A DNA stretch of 64,000 nucleotides from Hydrolagus affinis (GCA_012026655.1 JAAILG010000057.1:62001-126000), one strand, 5' to 3'. Shown: positions 1 through 12,699, counted from the stretch's first letter. The notes: generated by a model from the sequence alone, not told the origin. A program made the numbers and translations.

Positions 1-152
1 CCTCTCACAACGGCACCTGACAACATTTTAGCACACACCAGGACTGTCTTTGAGTGTCAGGCTAAATGGTCTGAATTCAAAACCCCCATCAGGGTCTGAA
101 CTCACAAACATTTGGTTAAGAAGCAAGATTGCTACAAACTGAGGCAGCTGAC
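1..152 (-). mobile_element. Old tRNA-headed Deu-domain-type SINE, 5' part (cut by window edge)
   Basis: Decayed match to the shark DeuSINE-like head in reverse: acggcacct..gagtgtcaggcta..tgaactcacaa..gcaagattgctacaaactgag..gctgac. Similar to copies at 8690-8955 and 39500-39745. Confidence 0.6.
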
Positions 153-154
153 AA

Positions 155-437
155 AATAATAATAATAATAATCCTTGCAGTTGATATAGCGCTTGTTACG
201 CCTTCTAGACATCTCAAAGCTCTTCACAGGAGATACGGTAAAATGATTTGACTGTATATCTGTGGGCAAAACACGACAGGCAGGGATTGAAACGACCAAT
301 TTATTATTTATTTTGAGGGATTATTATCAGACATGTGGAATAAGGAAACTCGCCCAAGGTTTCACCCTGCGAGGAATCTGACCCAGGTCTCTCACTTGTA
401 AGGCGAGTGCTCTAATCACTGAGCTATATAGGACTAT
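155..437 (-). mobile_element. tRNA-derived SINE (main family), near full length with small internal deletion
   Basis: (AAT)n tail, atccttgca-ttgatatagcgc 3' end, aaggaaactcgcccaaggtttc body, and A/B-box head gtgctctaatcactgagcta in reverse. Matches many other copies in the window. Confidence 0.9.
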
Positions 438-737
438 AAATTTTTAAATATATATATATCTAAACAACTATTGCACTGTACAAGAGGGTGAAAATCCATT
501 TATGGAGTGCCAGCCATCAGTCCGAGATTATTGTATCACTGTGCTGGGCTAGATTCAAACATATGCCTCTAGTCTGATTTCTGTCCGTCTCACTCAGTTT
601 CATTAACATCGAAAATTTGGAACTCAGCCGCACTATAACACTATAACTTGAGTGCCACATAACAACTAAACTGATCAGATCAAATAGAACCAGTACGGTA
701 CTCGTAAAGCACAAAGTATAACTACTGCAGGGTCAAG

Positions 738-1160
738 TAGTGTCCGGCGATATATCGATATATCGGTTATATCGATATAATTTTTCATATTGATACGCCG
801 ATATCGGAATTTAAAATATGTCGATATATCTAAAAATTCGGTATAAAAAATATATCGGTATATCGTAAATATTGGTCTATTGATTCTGGCGATATATCGG
901 TATTATCGGTATTATCGGTATAAAGCGAACTTTTTCAACTTACCTTGTCGCCAGCATTGCAAACCTCCTGGGCCCAGAGCACGGAATGCGCGTGCATATT
1001 GGAATGCGCATGCACCCCCAAATGCGTGCATGCCCCCGAATGCACGCGCCCGAATGCGCGCGCACTTCCGAATAACCCGGAAATATCAATATATCGGTAT
1101 ATATCGATATGAGTCCACCGATATATCGATATCGGAAAATTTCCATATCAACGGACCCTA
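738..1160. mobile_element. Non-autonomous hAT-type DNA transposon (MITE)
   Basis: Imperfect 16-bp TIRs tagtgtccggcgatat / atatcaacggacccta. 8-bp flanks gggtcaag (730-737) and gtggcaag (1161-1168) match 6/8. Subterminal (GATATATC/ATATCGG) arrays at both ends and an internal GC-rich cgaatgcgcg tandem. Confidence 0.8.
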
Positions 1161-1511
1161 GTGGCAAGTTAAACTAAGTTGTCCATGTGCTAACATAAGT
1201 TATATTTCCTACCTACTGTTTGAAAATAGTTTAGTTCCTGTGATAGAACACGGCAGTAGTAGACTCGACGCTTTCTAGCATAAATGATCTCTAAACAACA
1301 TTGCCCTTCTACATTATGAGAGTGTGATTATGAATGAAATATGATAATGACATAATTTACTGTGAACACAGACGCATGACAAAATTTTAGATACGCACAT
1401 TAGTGCTTCCTGGAAAAAATGAGCCTAAGCAAAGTGTGCATAATCTTGTAAATATGGGAAACAGTAAATCCTTTAAAATGTAAGTTTGTCATTTTCCTGT
1501 GATGTTCAATT

Positions 1512-1571
1512 GCAACGCTGAACCAGAAACACTATAAACAATTATTTATAGCGTTGCTGGTTCAGGATTGC
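1512..1571. repeat. Imperfect hairpin (about 27-bp stem, 6-nt loop)
   Basis: ctgaaccagaaacactataaa (1518-1538) pairs with tttatagcgttgctggttcag (1545-1565) with 2 mismatches; outer gcaa/ttgc extends the stem. Confidence 0.8.
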
Positions 1572-2059
1572 TTTTTTCTCCTAACAGTTTCACAGCTGTT
1601 TTATTAGCAGTTTAAAAAATGCTTACTGGTAAAAAAAAGTAGTACGTGTTTGCTACCTAGTGGAAAAAGGTAAATGCTAGCTTTACACAAAATAAGAATG
1701 CAAAGACTGTGTGGAATGTTAACAGGTCACTGGTGGAATGGAGGGACGGATGCAGAGCCACGACAATGTGCACTTGGTGAGGAAGGAGGAAGGCAATTGA
1801 CTTTCAGATTCCTTCCACAGTCCCGGTCATTATCAGTTATCCTTTTTTTTTGTTCAAATCTGCTGCAGTTATATCCAAATAAGTGGATAGGAGAGATTTG
1901 TGTGAGCTATTTCAAACAGATTATATAAATATCGTGCAGGAAGTCAGAGGAACAGAAGATCAGAGGTTAGAGTCTCTGACATCTGATATTGCCTTTTAAT
2001 TAGTTGATTCTTGAGGTTGAAAAATGTCTCAAATCCAAGACCCAGATCGCCCACTTATA

Positions 2060-2260
2060 CATAGGAATGTATAAGAGTGAAAACAGCCTTTGCAGTCTAT
2101 CTGACTAAAAATAATCCTTCTGCACCCTTATCTCTTGTATCCTTTTAACCAAAGCTTTCACAAAATGGTTATGTAATCCTGCTTGAATTTTCTGACACAA
2201 TCTGTCTTAGCCCTAGATAGTTTATTCCACATAATCATCACGCTGTGTAAAATAATTCAA
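2060..2260 (-). mobile_element. Decayed CR1 LINE 3' end
   Basis: Reverse-strand CR1 3' signature: ...cttgaattttc...tttattccacataatcatcacgctgtgt and a 3' UTR-like acagcctttgcagtctatc. Confidence 0.5.
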
Positions 2261-3229
2261 TCCACATTGCCTGTTCAAAAGCTCTTCTGACTTTCCTAGC
2301 CATAATAATGTGCAAAAGAATGTTTCTGTAGGGAAGAATGAATGGGTCATCTTCACCTTTTGATATACTTGTCCTTCATGTTTCAAATTGAATTCCTTTA
2401 AAGATATTATCAAACTAATGGATAATCAGCTTTATTCGACAAACGGTTATTTTTACAGAATGGTTCATTTCTCAACCCGAGAAAGACTTTCGGCAACTGA
2501 ATGTGCTTATGCAGATATAGACAGAATTGGACAATCAGTGAAAACATGTTACGTTAGCATGGGAAACCAAAATCAGCAAGTTCTGCTGAGAAGCACTGAC
2601 TGATGATGCTCATTTTGGATTGACTTGGTAAGCATATCCGTGGATTATTTGGCTTCATTGATTGAGGATACAAGGGCAATTCCAACCCAATTTGTGGCAG
2701 AGCAAATAAGTGCAAAGTTTAATTTAAAAAAGCAGCAATTCATTTTTTTAAAAAAAAGCCTTGCTATCTTCAGCAGTAAATCCAATGTATTGAAATCTCA
2801 AATGTCCCTATTGATGGAATATTGCTTTGGGATGCCCTTCGGATATGACAGGCACTATTTAATTTGTTGTTGTTTTCCATTTGTTTTAAATGTAGGCTAT
2901 TTTCTACTCTTAAATAACTGGAGCAATAATGTGTGCTAAATAAAGTTCTAAAACAATGAAAAGGAAAACTGAGCTACAACAGTTAGCATCCAATATATAG
3001 GCCCAGCATTGGGTGACTTGTAGCATTGAATGAGGGTAAGGGATGCTGTTAGTCAGATTGTTAGATGCAAAAGCCTGAAGGTAACATAAAGTATAATGAA
3101 AAAGAGCAATCTGATTTGAAGAGAACCAACCTGTCTAATGTTAATTTCACTAGCTTGAGGGCAAGCTTTTGCTGAACTGCATTTAGTTTGCTAATTCCTT
3201 GTTGAAGCACAATTTTAGAAGCAGATAAG

Positions 3230-3540
3230 CTTAGCACATTGAGCAGCATTGAAGGACACAGTACAGCAGGAGACAATGGACTTTTACTAAGGCAGCTAGT
3301 GAACACCTTGACCTTTGCACTTTCCTGTCAGATACCAGATGGGCAGAGAGTTGGACCTTTATGCGGTGATATCAGGGATTGTTCACAAAGGAATAAAAGG
3401 TTATTGCAATCACAGTGAGATATGTGCACTGTTGACCCATAATAGCGACTTGAAACTAATGAAAGAATTTATACCCCATCAAACTATGCTATCAATAAAC
3501 TAGTATGTGGATATCCTCCAGAATACCCAGTTCCTGTTTT
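3230..3540 (+). pseudogene. PIF/Harbinger transposase fossil (central region)
   Basis: Frame 3315 reads LHFP..RELDLYAVISGI..G..C.H..I.A....EF...LSIN*YVD, the order of Harbinger I.FP..FY.ISGFP.V.GAIDCTH..I.AP..F.NRK..HSIN.Q.VCD. Upstream STAGDNGLLLRQLVNTL resembles the GD..GIS..RQVTDAL helix. Catalytic D lost; stop present. Confidence 0.55.
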
Positions 3541-3939
3541 CAAAGAGGACATGTCTGAAATAGCAGCACCCTAACAAAACAAGTTCCATTGCTATTTTAA
3601 TAGAAATATAAAAGTTAATACCATATTGTCTTAGAGGAGGTAACAAATAGTTAATCAAAGGTATAATTTAGAAGATTAAGTTAGATCTGAGGTAATTAAT
3701 GCACTGCCATTTGTAGTGCTAACAAAGTTTGCATTCTCTGCTTATAATGGAGAAATATTGGCATTTGCAGTTGGGATTTTATGAAACACAAAACATCCTA
3801 ATTGTTGCTAATGGGGAAAGGAAGGCAAAGAGGTGATAACTTCTGAATTCTGTACTTCAGATAGATCTGTTAGTAGAAATGCACTACCTCTGGGAGTTGG
3901 AAAATGGTAGAGGTCAAAAGCCCAAGGAAATGAAAATCG

Positions 3940-4250
3940 TAGTAATTCCATGCCAGGACTATCAAAGAAACAGGTTTGATAGCTAGGTCCGGAAAGGCAT
4001 GTAATGGCAACTGTAAGAGAAGAGCGCTGAGAGAAAAATGAATGGCTAATAACAAGATTTTAAAGGGCCGAATATCTATTGCCAGTAGGGTTAGTGATGC
4101 TGATGTGTGCTCGCTGAAAATGCCATGCTGCTATCTGGGGAGAATTGTCAATAGGAATTTCCCACAGTTCGGTTCCCAGAATCACCACCGGAATCATTCT
4201 GTGGCATTTAACAAGGTGGATGTGTTTGAGTTACCACTGATGATCTTAAG
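3940..4250 (+). pseudogene. PIF/Harbinger transposase fossil (N-terminal HTH region), weak
   Basis: 4151-4183 reads IGISHSSVPRI (cf. GISQSSVSRI), preceded by WGELS; LSKKQ.FD near 3958 (cf. RLSKETF). Frameshifted. Confidence 0.4.
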
Positions 4251-5256
4251 AAAAAAACTCAAAGTAGATCATGCTTAAGGCCCTCAATAATGCAGTTCTA
4301 TTTGTGTCAATTAAATCAGAATATGAATAAAATCTTTCCTTCTTAAATATGTTACACCATAACAAAGTCATAGCACATGTTCTCCCTATAAATATGGCAT
4401 GATTAATAGCCCAGATACGCCTTGTATTTTGACAATTGCAATTATGCTCCTATTCTTGCACCAATTACAGAAAATGTCACCATCATTATTTCTATCTCTC
4501 GCCTGAAAATAAAAAATAAAAATAGCAGCACTTTGACTTTTCAACTTTGTTCCGTCATTGTGGATGTTTTCCATATGTTTGGGAACAATTTGGTAAAGCT
4601 GATTGTGAACTGTTTCTGCTGCGCATTTGTGCTTAGGTGAAAGTGCACTCCGGGTTAGCTACAAAGCTTTTACTAAAATCGAAAACAATAGAATGAAGTT
4701 AAAATTCCTCATCAGTTGCACTTTGCACTTGCCGAATCTTCCTAAAATAAAGCATGTTATTCTTGTTGATATACTCTTACTCCTGCGTCCAATGGCCAAA
4801 CATTGCAATTACCTTCACATTCCAGACATAGGTGAACACTCTGAATGTAAGTTTCGATGCAGGTCAACAATCATGGAAGTAAAGTAACAATGTGCAAGAC
4901 AGCAATTAGGCGCAATCCGAATCCACTGCAACATATTTAACTAAACAAGTTTACAAGAGACATTTTGAGACAAAGGGCATATTGTATACTCAACTCCTTT
5001 CATGCAATCTTTTTAACCGAATTTGCAATATATGTGTAAGAGAAATCTGCAGCAAATGCCATGGATGTTGCAGCTTTTATAGCATTTATGGAAATACTTA
5101 ACACATTGTGTAATTATGCATATTGTATTGCCAGTGGTAAGAGGGAATATCTGTGTCTGCATGCGTGGTGGAAAATCATTGCCAAACATTGTCAGACACC
5201 GCACGGAACGGGTGGTTTTAGTGCAAGAACAAGTTACACTCACACAAAGGAGATTC

Positions 5257-5533
5257 ATAATAATAATAATAATAATCCTTGTATTTGATATAGCGCTTTT
5301 CATATCCTCTAGATGTCTCAAAGTGTTTCACAGAAATATACTGTAAAGTGAATTGATTGTATATATGTGGGTAAAATGTGGCAGCAAATTGCACATAGCA
5401 GTGTCCCACAAACAATCGTAGATTGAAGTGACCAATTTTTTTTTGAGGGATTATTATTAGGCGTGTGGAATAAGGAAACTTGCCCAAGGTTTTGCCTGCC
5501 TGGAATTGAACCCAGGTCTCTCGCTTGTAAGGC
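5257..5533 (-). mobile_element. tRNA-derived SINE (main family), missing extreme 5' end
   Basis: (AAT)n tail through ggaattgaacccaggtctctcgcttgtaaggc (B box); A box absent. Confidence 0.92.
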
Positions 5534-6589
5534 TCCTCAAACAGGCTTGTGACCCAGTGCACTTATATTTATGTATACTGTATACTGTAGATGGTTAGCG
5601 CCTTATTTAGTAAGGCACTTACTAAATAATTTACTTAGTAAATTTTGTATTTGTGGCTCTAAATCAATAACGTGGAGTGGGAAGTATAAACCAGATTTTC
5701 CACTTCATATCATCACCAATCCCAACAATATCAATGCAGGATAAATTTATGTCAGTCTGGTTCAGTTCCTTTCTATGAAGGTTGGATTTACAAGCCTCTT
5801 GTCAGGAATATGAACTCAGATAGTCTAGGCTGCTACTCCAGTGTCATGTTTGGGGTTATTACTATAATTTTTTTAATTTATTTCATAGTTTACACACCAT
5901 TTCAAGTAGAAGGCATTTTCTTTCTAGTAATTGGTGAACTGTATTCTTAGATGCTGTCATTAGATATTGATGTGTAGAATGGAAATATCCCATCTACAGT
6001 CAATGCTGTTGGTCTTTCTTGTAAAACTGGTTGGTTTGCTTTGTAACCACTCATCTGTCACTGATTCAACCTCTGTAATTACCTGAGGCCCTCAGTTATC
6101 AAGGTGTGTGAATCTGTCATATCCTATTAGCCAAGCTGAATTAAATAGTTCTGATGTCTGCTTCAAGTAATTTATTGTCAGAAAATCTTGCTATTTGTAA
6201 ACCATACTTAGGGACTAAATTTGTATCAAGAAAGATATTCTGAAAGATACTCAGAAGTGTTGATTATTTAATGGTGTGATATTGGCAGGTTATATATGAT
6301 GCTAGATTTACCAAGTCTTTCAACAGATCTAAAATACAAGAAATTGCATTTGCAGTGACTTACATACACTTTATACTTCAACAATTTGCAAATTACAGTA
6401 TTTACCTCAAAGTCATGATTGATGCCAGTAGCAGTACTGTGGTTTGGCCCAGGACACATTAAGATCTGTAAGATCTATTCAATGTTTCCCCAAGTTTCTG
6501 CAGTGTGATGATGGTATATTTTAGATATTTCACACAGACCCCATACAGCCATGAATTGAATGGCCTTTATTTTAACTGGAGCATTGTTA

Positions 6590-6730
6590 TTTTTAGACAC
6601 CAGGAAAAGCTCCTTTCTCTTTTCAATTAGTGACACTTTATCTTTAATATCCATGTGAGCAGGCAGACAGGATCTTAGTTTAAAGTCTCATCTAAAGGAT
6701 GGCATATCTGATAATGCAGCGGATGCTCCT
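6590..6730 (-). mobile_element. Deu-domain-type SINE fragment
   Basis: tctttaatatccatgtgagcaggcagacagga..gtttaaagtctcatctaaaggatggca matches the Deu central domain (AmnSINE1/SINE3/SacSINE1-like) in reverse. Confidence 0.65.
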
Positions 6731-6790
6731 CAGAACATTTTCTGCAGCGCTATTAACAGTATTGCTTCATACCCTCTGGATAAACCCTGA

Positions 6791-7209
6791 CAGAACTCCG
6801 CCGCCCACATTCTCACCCGAACCAAACTTCGCTCCTGAATACCCCAGTCCTCACCAGACTTCACTGGCTTCCTGTCAGAGCAAATTGACTTCAAGATCTT
6901 CATTCTTGTGTTTAAATCCCTCCACTCCTCTGCATCCCCCCACTTCTCTAACCTCTTCTCCCCTCACAGCAGTAACCCGCTGCCTCCGCTCTACTGCGTC
7001 TGGCATCCTCCTTGCCCCTGAATCCTCCGCTCCACTACTGGTGGTCGTGCCTTCCTCAATCCCTCCGCTTCACCCCCACCTTTTCCATTTTCAGGCCATG
7101 CAACCGTGTCTACAATCACCTTTCCCCTCCCACTGGCTCCGCTATTGTAAAGTGCTCTGAGACGCCGTCTGTTGTGGACGGCACTATATAAATGCAAGTT
7201 GTTATTGTT
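6791..7209 (+). mobile_element. L2-clade LINE 3' fragment
   Basis: QNSAAHILTRTK..PVL.RLHWL..RIDFKI coding remnant, C-rich composition, 3' end gtaaagtgctctgagacgccgtc..ctatataaatgcaagttgttattgtt. Homologous to 13600-14151. Confidence 0.9.
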
Positions 7210-8504
7210 TCGTGTATATTTATAATGATGCTCTGAATGCCATTTGCACTTGCAATATCAGAATACGATAAATAGCTGCTACAAAAACCATTAGCAAATT
7301 GAATCATTACGCAAATTGTGTATGTCATTTATTTTTAATAGTAGACTATTTAAATGTCAGAGGAGAGAAAACATACATTTACAAGGCAAAAGATACTGAG
7401 GAAGGAAATAATTTATAAAAAGAATTCATTCTAACGAAAATTAGAATATAGGTAATGTTTTTACTTGTATTTAAATGCAGTTGTTATATGGCCTACTGGA
7501 AGCGCTGGGAGGGAGATCTGTAAATCTACAACCAGTTATCTAAAAGGTGACTTTTGAAAATGTAAATGTTTGTGATATTTTGCATTGAAGTTTCCTATAA
7601 TTCTAACAAACATCTGACATTCATGAGGTTGAAATATGAAGCTGAGGGTGGGGGGCTGCTGAATAAAACACAAGGCACCAGGTGTGTGCATTAATCTCTC
7701 CACTGAGACTGGAATACAAGGCAATATGACATTATAGATACCTGCATTATAGTCTGCGACTCAGTAAAGTTTCATCATGCATTTTAAACAACTTTGTTCC
7801 ACCTTTTCTGATGATAGTCATGCAGAGCATTTGTTTGTTTTCATGTGACGGATTAGGTTAAGATATTAATTTTTGCCTCTTTAAGAAATTGGGAATTTGT
7901 CAGAGAATTTAAATATCTCCCCCATGAAATAGTCTCAGATTTGTAACCATTAATGCACTAATAGTCAGTAATGGAGAGAGCAACAAAACAAGTGATTTAG
8001 CTAACTCAATGGCTATTAACATTATTTCAAATCCTCCATTCCCTGTGTGATCATTATCTGATCCCTTGTGCTCTGTGTGGTTTTGTGGATTTTGTGTTCT
8101 TCGAACCACTTGCTACACAACCTGCTTCGATAAACTCTGTCACCTAATCCAACTGAAGATGCATGAGAAAATGATCTCTTGAGTAAATGAAAAATATAGA
8201 GTGAACACTTTTGAAGAAGTTGCCATTATTTTTAGCTTCCAGATGTGCCCTTAGTTTCTAAACAAAAATCTTCCGCCAATAGTTCTATTTATTCTGTGAT
8301 TTACATATAGTTTTTTTCTCTTTGGGTAATGAAGCTATCAGGGGAGTTTCTTGTGCAGGTGTTTATAAAAGCATATTTAAATATATGTAAATTAAAAGAA
8401 TAAACCACAGAATTTAAGGCTGCTGGAGGTTTATAAGACATTTATAGGATCCCAGTCAGCAATGATGTGGCTTGTATTCCTTATTCCTTGTATCTTTGCA
8501 ATAA

Positions 8505-8955
8505 ATAATAATAATGATGATAATAATCCTCACACTTTTATATAGTACCCTCCTACTATGCTCATGGAAAAACTCAAAGTGCTTGATAGGATTTACTGTA
8601 AAGTGTGGTATCTGTGTATTTATAGGTAAACACAGCAGCCAATTTTGCACACAGCAAATGTAATTGGTGAATGACCCATCTTTTATCTCAGCCAGGACAA
8701 TTTGGGGAGAAGCTCTCTTCTAGTTTTGTTTTTGATTTGTGAAATGGGATTTTTAATGTCTACCTGAAAGGTAGGTATGATCTTGGTACATGATCTAACA
8801 TCACACTTGAAGGATGGCAATTCCCGCAGTGCAACTCTTCCCCAGAACTGTATTCGAGTTTTAACCAAACTTTGAGCTCAGTACCAAAATGGGGGCATGA
8901 TCCCCTAAATTCTGACTGAAAGACAAGAGTGCTTCTGAATAAGCCAAGCTGACAT
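8505..8955 (-). mobile_element. Old Deu-domain-type SINE, near full length, with L2-type tail
   Basis: (AAT)n tail and aaagtgct..tactgtaaagtg 3' region, Deu domain (gggattttt aatgtctacctga..gaaggatggca), and tRNA-like head (ttctgactgaaagacaagagtgct..aagccaagctgac). Confidence 0.7.
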
Positions 8956-8979
8956 CTGATTAAATGTTTAATATGTATT

Positions 8980-9012
8980 ATGTATATATATATATAGAGA
9001 GAGAGAGAGAAG
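8980..9012. repeat. Compound (TA)n(GA)n microsatellite
   Basis: tatatatatatatagagagagagagaga. Confidence 0.9.
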
Positions 9013-11503
9013 AATCTGGTTTTAGTAATAGATTCATTTATTTTGTTTATTAAAATTTGGGCAAGAATCAATTCTTCCTGCTTATTATGTCACTGGCTGA
9101 TACCCTTATGCAGAATGTATCTATTCCGGAGAAGAATACAGGCAGGATCCTACACAAGGTAAAGTGGACTAGTTGCAATCCTGTGTTATCGCTGTGCTCT
9201 GTAAGAACTGAAAAGATCTTAGCTTAAGCAATTAGGAGTGCGATTAATTGTTGCATTCAACACGCCTCATTCAACAGTCGGTCAAGCATTCAGTTCCATC
9301 ACTGAGAACAAGACAGTTCTTCCAAATCTCATCGCAGTGATACATATTCCTTCAAATGAGGCAGTTGCAAATGTAATGAATTTTTACAATATCTTGGTCA
9401 AAATTATGTTAAGATTTAAGAAGGCACAAGTGGCCTAAAGCTATTCAGTAAAACAAAAGACGATTCATTTGGGATTAAATAATTCTGCATATTGATGGAG
9501 CAAAATTGCAGATAGTACTGCACTATAGAGTACATCTGTTTCATTTCTTCTGCAATCGAGAGTGCGTTTAGAGTTTTAGTTACACACTATTTTGTAAAAT
9601 GTTTTACTCGTTTGCAAAAAATTTTCACTGATTTATTTGATAACATGCTGGTTGACACTGAGATTCAACAGAGTCAATACAGTAGAAAATGGTTCCTTTT
9701 GTTGTTGACATGTGCAGCAAACATGGGAGGACACACTGGAATTAGTGATTCATAGAAAATAATAATAATCCTCACATTTGATTTAGCTGCTTATTACACT
9801 GAGAGGTTATACTGTGAACTAGTGAAGTACACTATTGACTGTATTTTGTAAGTGATATAAGCCAGCCACCGAGTGGTACTGAGCATTTACAATGGAGTCT
9901 GTCTATAACATGGTATTTGGGGATCCATAAAATCCCATCCACTATTACCTGTGAAGCAGTTTGGTATGTTTAAATGTGATAAAGTGCTCTAAAAATGCCA
10001 CTTCTTTTGTTGCATAGGTTAAGGTCAAATCACACAACAATTGTTTGATTCTCAGAAGGTTGGTTTATGTACTGACATTGTTGGATTGAGATTACAATGA
10101 ATTTCTCCCATTACAGCTCACATCACCAAAGGTAGTAAATTTTGCCAATGTTCAGGGAATCTCTTATATTAATGGTGTGATGGTTTGCAGGATTTTTATG
10201 TTTTTGTTGTCATGAGCTTTGATGCTTACTTCTAATTCTCTTTGAAAATAGGTTTCTTGAGGGAAGTATAAAGTTTTGAGTTTAAATACCTGCTTTGAGC
10301 TAGTGATGTATTTTAAACTGTTTCTGATTTCAGTGATAGTAATAAAGTTGTAGTTGAAGCTCTATCAAGTGTCATCTTATTGGTAAATGTGTAATACTGA
10401 ACATTATTTCAGTATACTAATACTCACAACAGTCCTTGCCGATTTCAAGTATCTACCAAAGCAAAGATTAAAACAAAGGTGACAGTGGCAATTTTTTCTC
10501 TCTCTGAAATTAGTTACTCATTTTGCATCCAAAAAAAGCTTGCGTAGCAGTTTTATTAAGGAAGCTAAGGAATGCATCATATTTAAATACTTCCGTAAAA
10601 AACAACATGCCCAAATCTGCTTCCTTTAACACCTAAGGAATTTCTCAATAAGCACATATCAGCAAACAATGTAAGCATAAAAAAAACACAGATGGAAAAT
10701 ATAATTAAACCAACAAAATGTATAAAGCATATTAAAGCCTTGCAGTTAGGCATGACAGGTAAGTATTTCTTCCACTTCAGGGATCCCACTAAATCAAAAC
10801 AATGGGGTTGATGGCTTGGTATAATTGTCTGAAATGTTCTACAGTGAATGTTATTTATGGTTCTTTATAAAATATGCTGTCAAATTGGCAGGCTGCTTTG
10901 GACCTTTATGTTATTTATGGTTTTTCTTCATGTATTTGCCCTTTAATACAAAAAAATTAGTAGAAAATAGCTTTGACTCCCTGCTCAACCAACATATAAA
11001 TAATATTTATTTTTAAAGAGTAGAAACGAATGTGGGAACAAAAACAAACTTAACATAATCTAATAAAGAGGAAAGGTATACCTCAATGCCATGAAGCAAA
11101 TGATATATTTTAACACCGATGAGTGTTACTGGGTAAACAAAATATTCTGGCAATAAACTAGATTAGAATACAGCCAATTCTATTCCCTTGTTCCCCCAAT
11201 GACACAGATAGATGTAGCACAAAAGCCATACATATCAGAACAGTCTTAAGTTTGAATCTCAGTGGCTTTAAATTGTCAGTGGCTCATTGGTCAGCCAGAA
11301 TTCCTGTTGATCCTCAACACTAGCCGAGCAGGAAAATACACCCCTTCATAAGTTGGGTGAGAACACAATTGACATTGGTTGTGAATGCTCCCATGTTCAC
11401 ATAGTTTTGCAAATCACACAAAGAAGCCCAAGGTACTGTAGGGTGCCCAGTGTCCCTCAAACTCCATTGTTTGGAAAACAAAATGTGGTACATTTTTATA
11501 TAA

Positions 11504-11814
11504 TATAATAATAATAATCCTTGCATTTGATATAGTGCTTTTCACATCTTATCGACGTCTCAAAGTGCTTCACAGAATATTCCACAAAGTGAATTGACTG
11601 TATTTGTGGGCAAAATGCAGCAGCCAATTGCGCACAGCAGTGTCCCACAAACAGTCATGGCCCAATTTTTATTAATGTGGGTTTTTTGAAGTGATTATTA
11701 TTAGGTGTGGAGTAAGGAAACTTGCCCAAGGTTTCGTCCTGAACTGGCTGGATTTGAGCACAAGTCTCATACTTGTAAGGCGAGTGCTCTAACCACTGAG
11801 CTACAGCACTCCAC
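11504..11814 (-). mobile_element. tRNA-derived SINE (main family), full length
   Basis: Complete tail-to-head match ending cgagtgctctaaccactgagctacagcactccac. Confidence 0.95.
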
Positions 11815-12699
11815 TATACTTAGGATTTATGGGTCATTCATCCAGTTACATGATTAGATTTGTTTGTTTTCAGTTAATTCCCAAACTACCAATGCTGCTG
11901 GTGTCTAACATTTCAGTTTGGATGTCGGCAAGCCTGGGAAGTACTTTTCTCTGATTAGATAGTAAAATGGATGATTTTTCTCTTGTTGGTTAATAAATTT
12001 TGCACGATTAGTGAGAATCAAAGGTTTTAATCATTGACCATAGAAATGATTGTTGTGGTACAATCATTTGTACCACAACAAATGATTGTACCACAAGTGA
12101 GTTCTGAACCTATTGATGGGAAGGCAGTCAAGGCACTTAGAAGATGCTGAAAGCTGACTGCATCAGGAAATCTATGATTTTCTATGGATTGTGAGGTTTC
12201 TGAGCATGGAGGTATTTAATTGTGGTCTGAGTAAATGTAAAACCTGTGAGCTGAGATGTTGTATGGTGTGTGCTCCAACTGTAGCTGAGGAGCACAGGGA
12301 TGGCTAATGTGAGCAAAATACAACGGTTCTCTGTGCTGGATGTGCACAGAATCAGATTGCTCTGTTTTAACAATAATAATCCTTACATTTGACCTTTCAT
12401 GTCAGGAGAATGCCAATTTGCAAACAAACAGCCATGAAGTAAATGACCAATTTATGTGGGTGACGGTTTGCCAAGAACCAGGAGAAATTCCCCTCCCTCG
12501 ACTAATACTTGTCTTGAAGTTCACAAAGTCCACCTAAAACATTTAAAAAGGTCAAAATCAAACTAAATTTTAGTCCATAGCAATAACACTTTGATTATTA
12601 TTATTATTAGTTCTGAAGGCAAATTATTTGGTTCGCTAAATCATAATTAGAGAAAGTTACATTAATGGACACCTTAATAGTGGAGCAATTTTATTCAGT

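Noticed and set aside
880-1167. Overlapping 93-aa and 75-aa ORFs with YRYY/ARNAR repeats
   Set aside because: They are translations of the MITE's tandem arrays, not a gene.
5013-5562. Cluster of ORFs with poly-I/N/Y runs (also at 19350, 40173, 48803)
   Set aside because: They read through SINE bodies and (TTA)n tails.
10746-10764. Perfect donor CAG|gtaagt
   Set aside because: No convincing upstream acceptor or open exon; such motifs are expected by chance in 64 kb.
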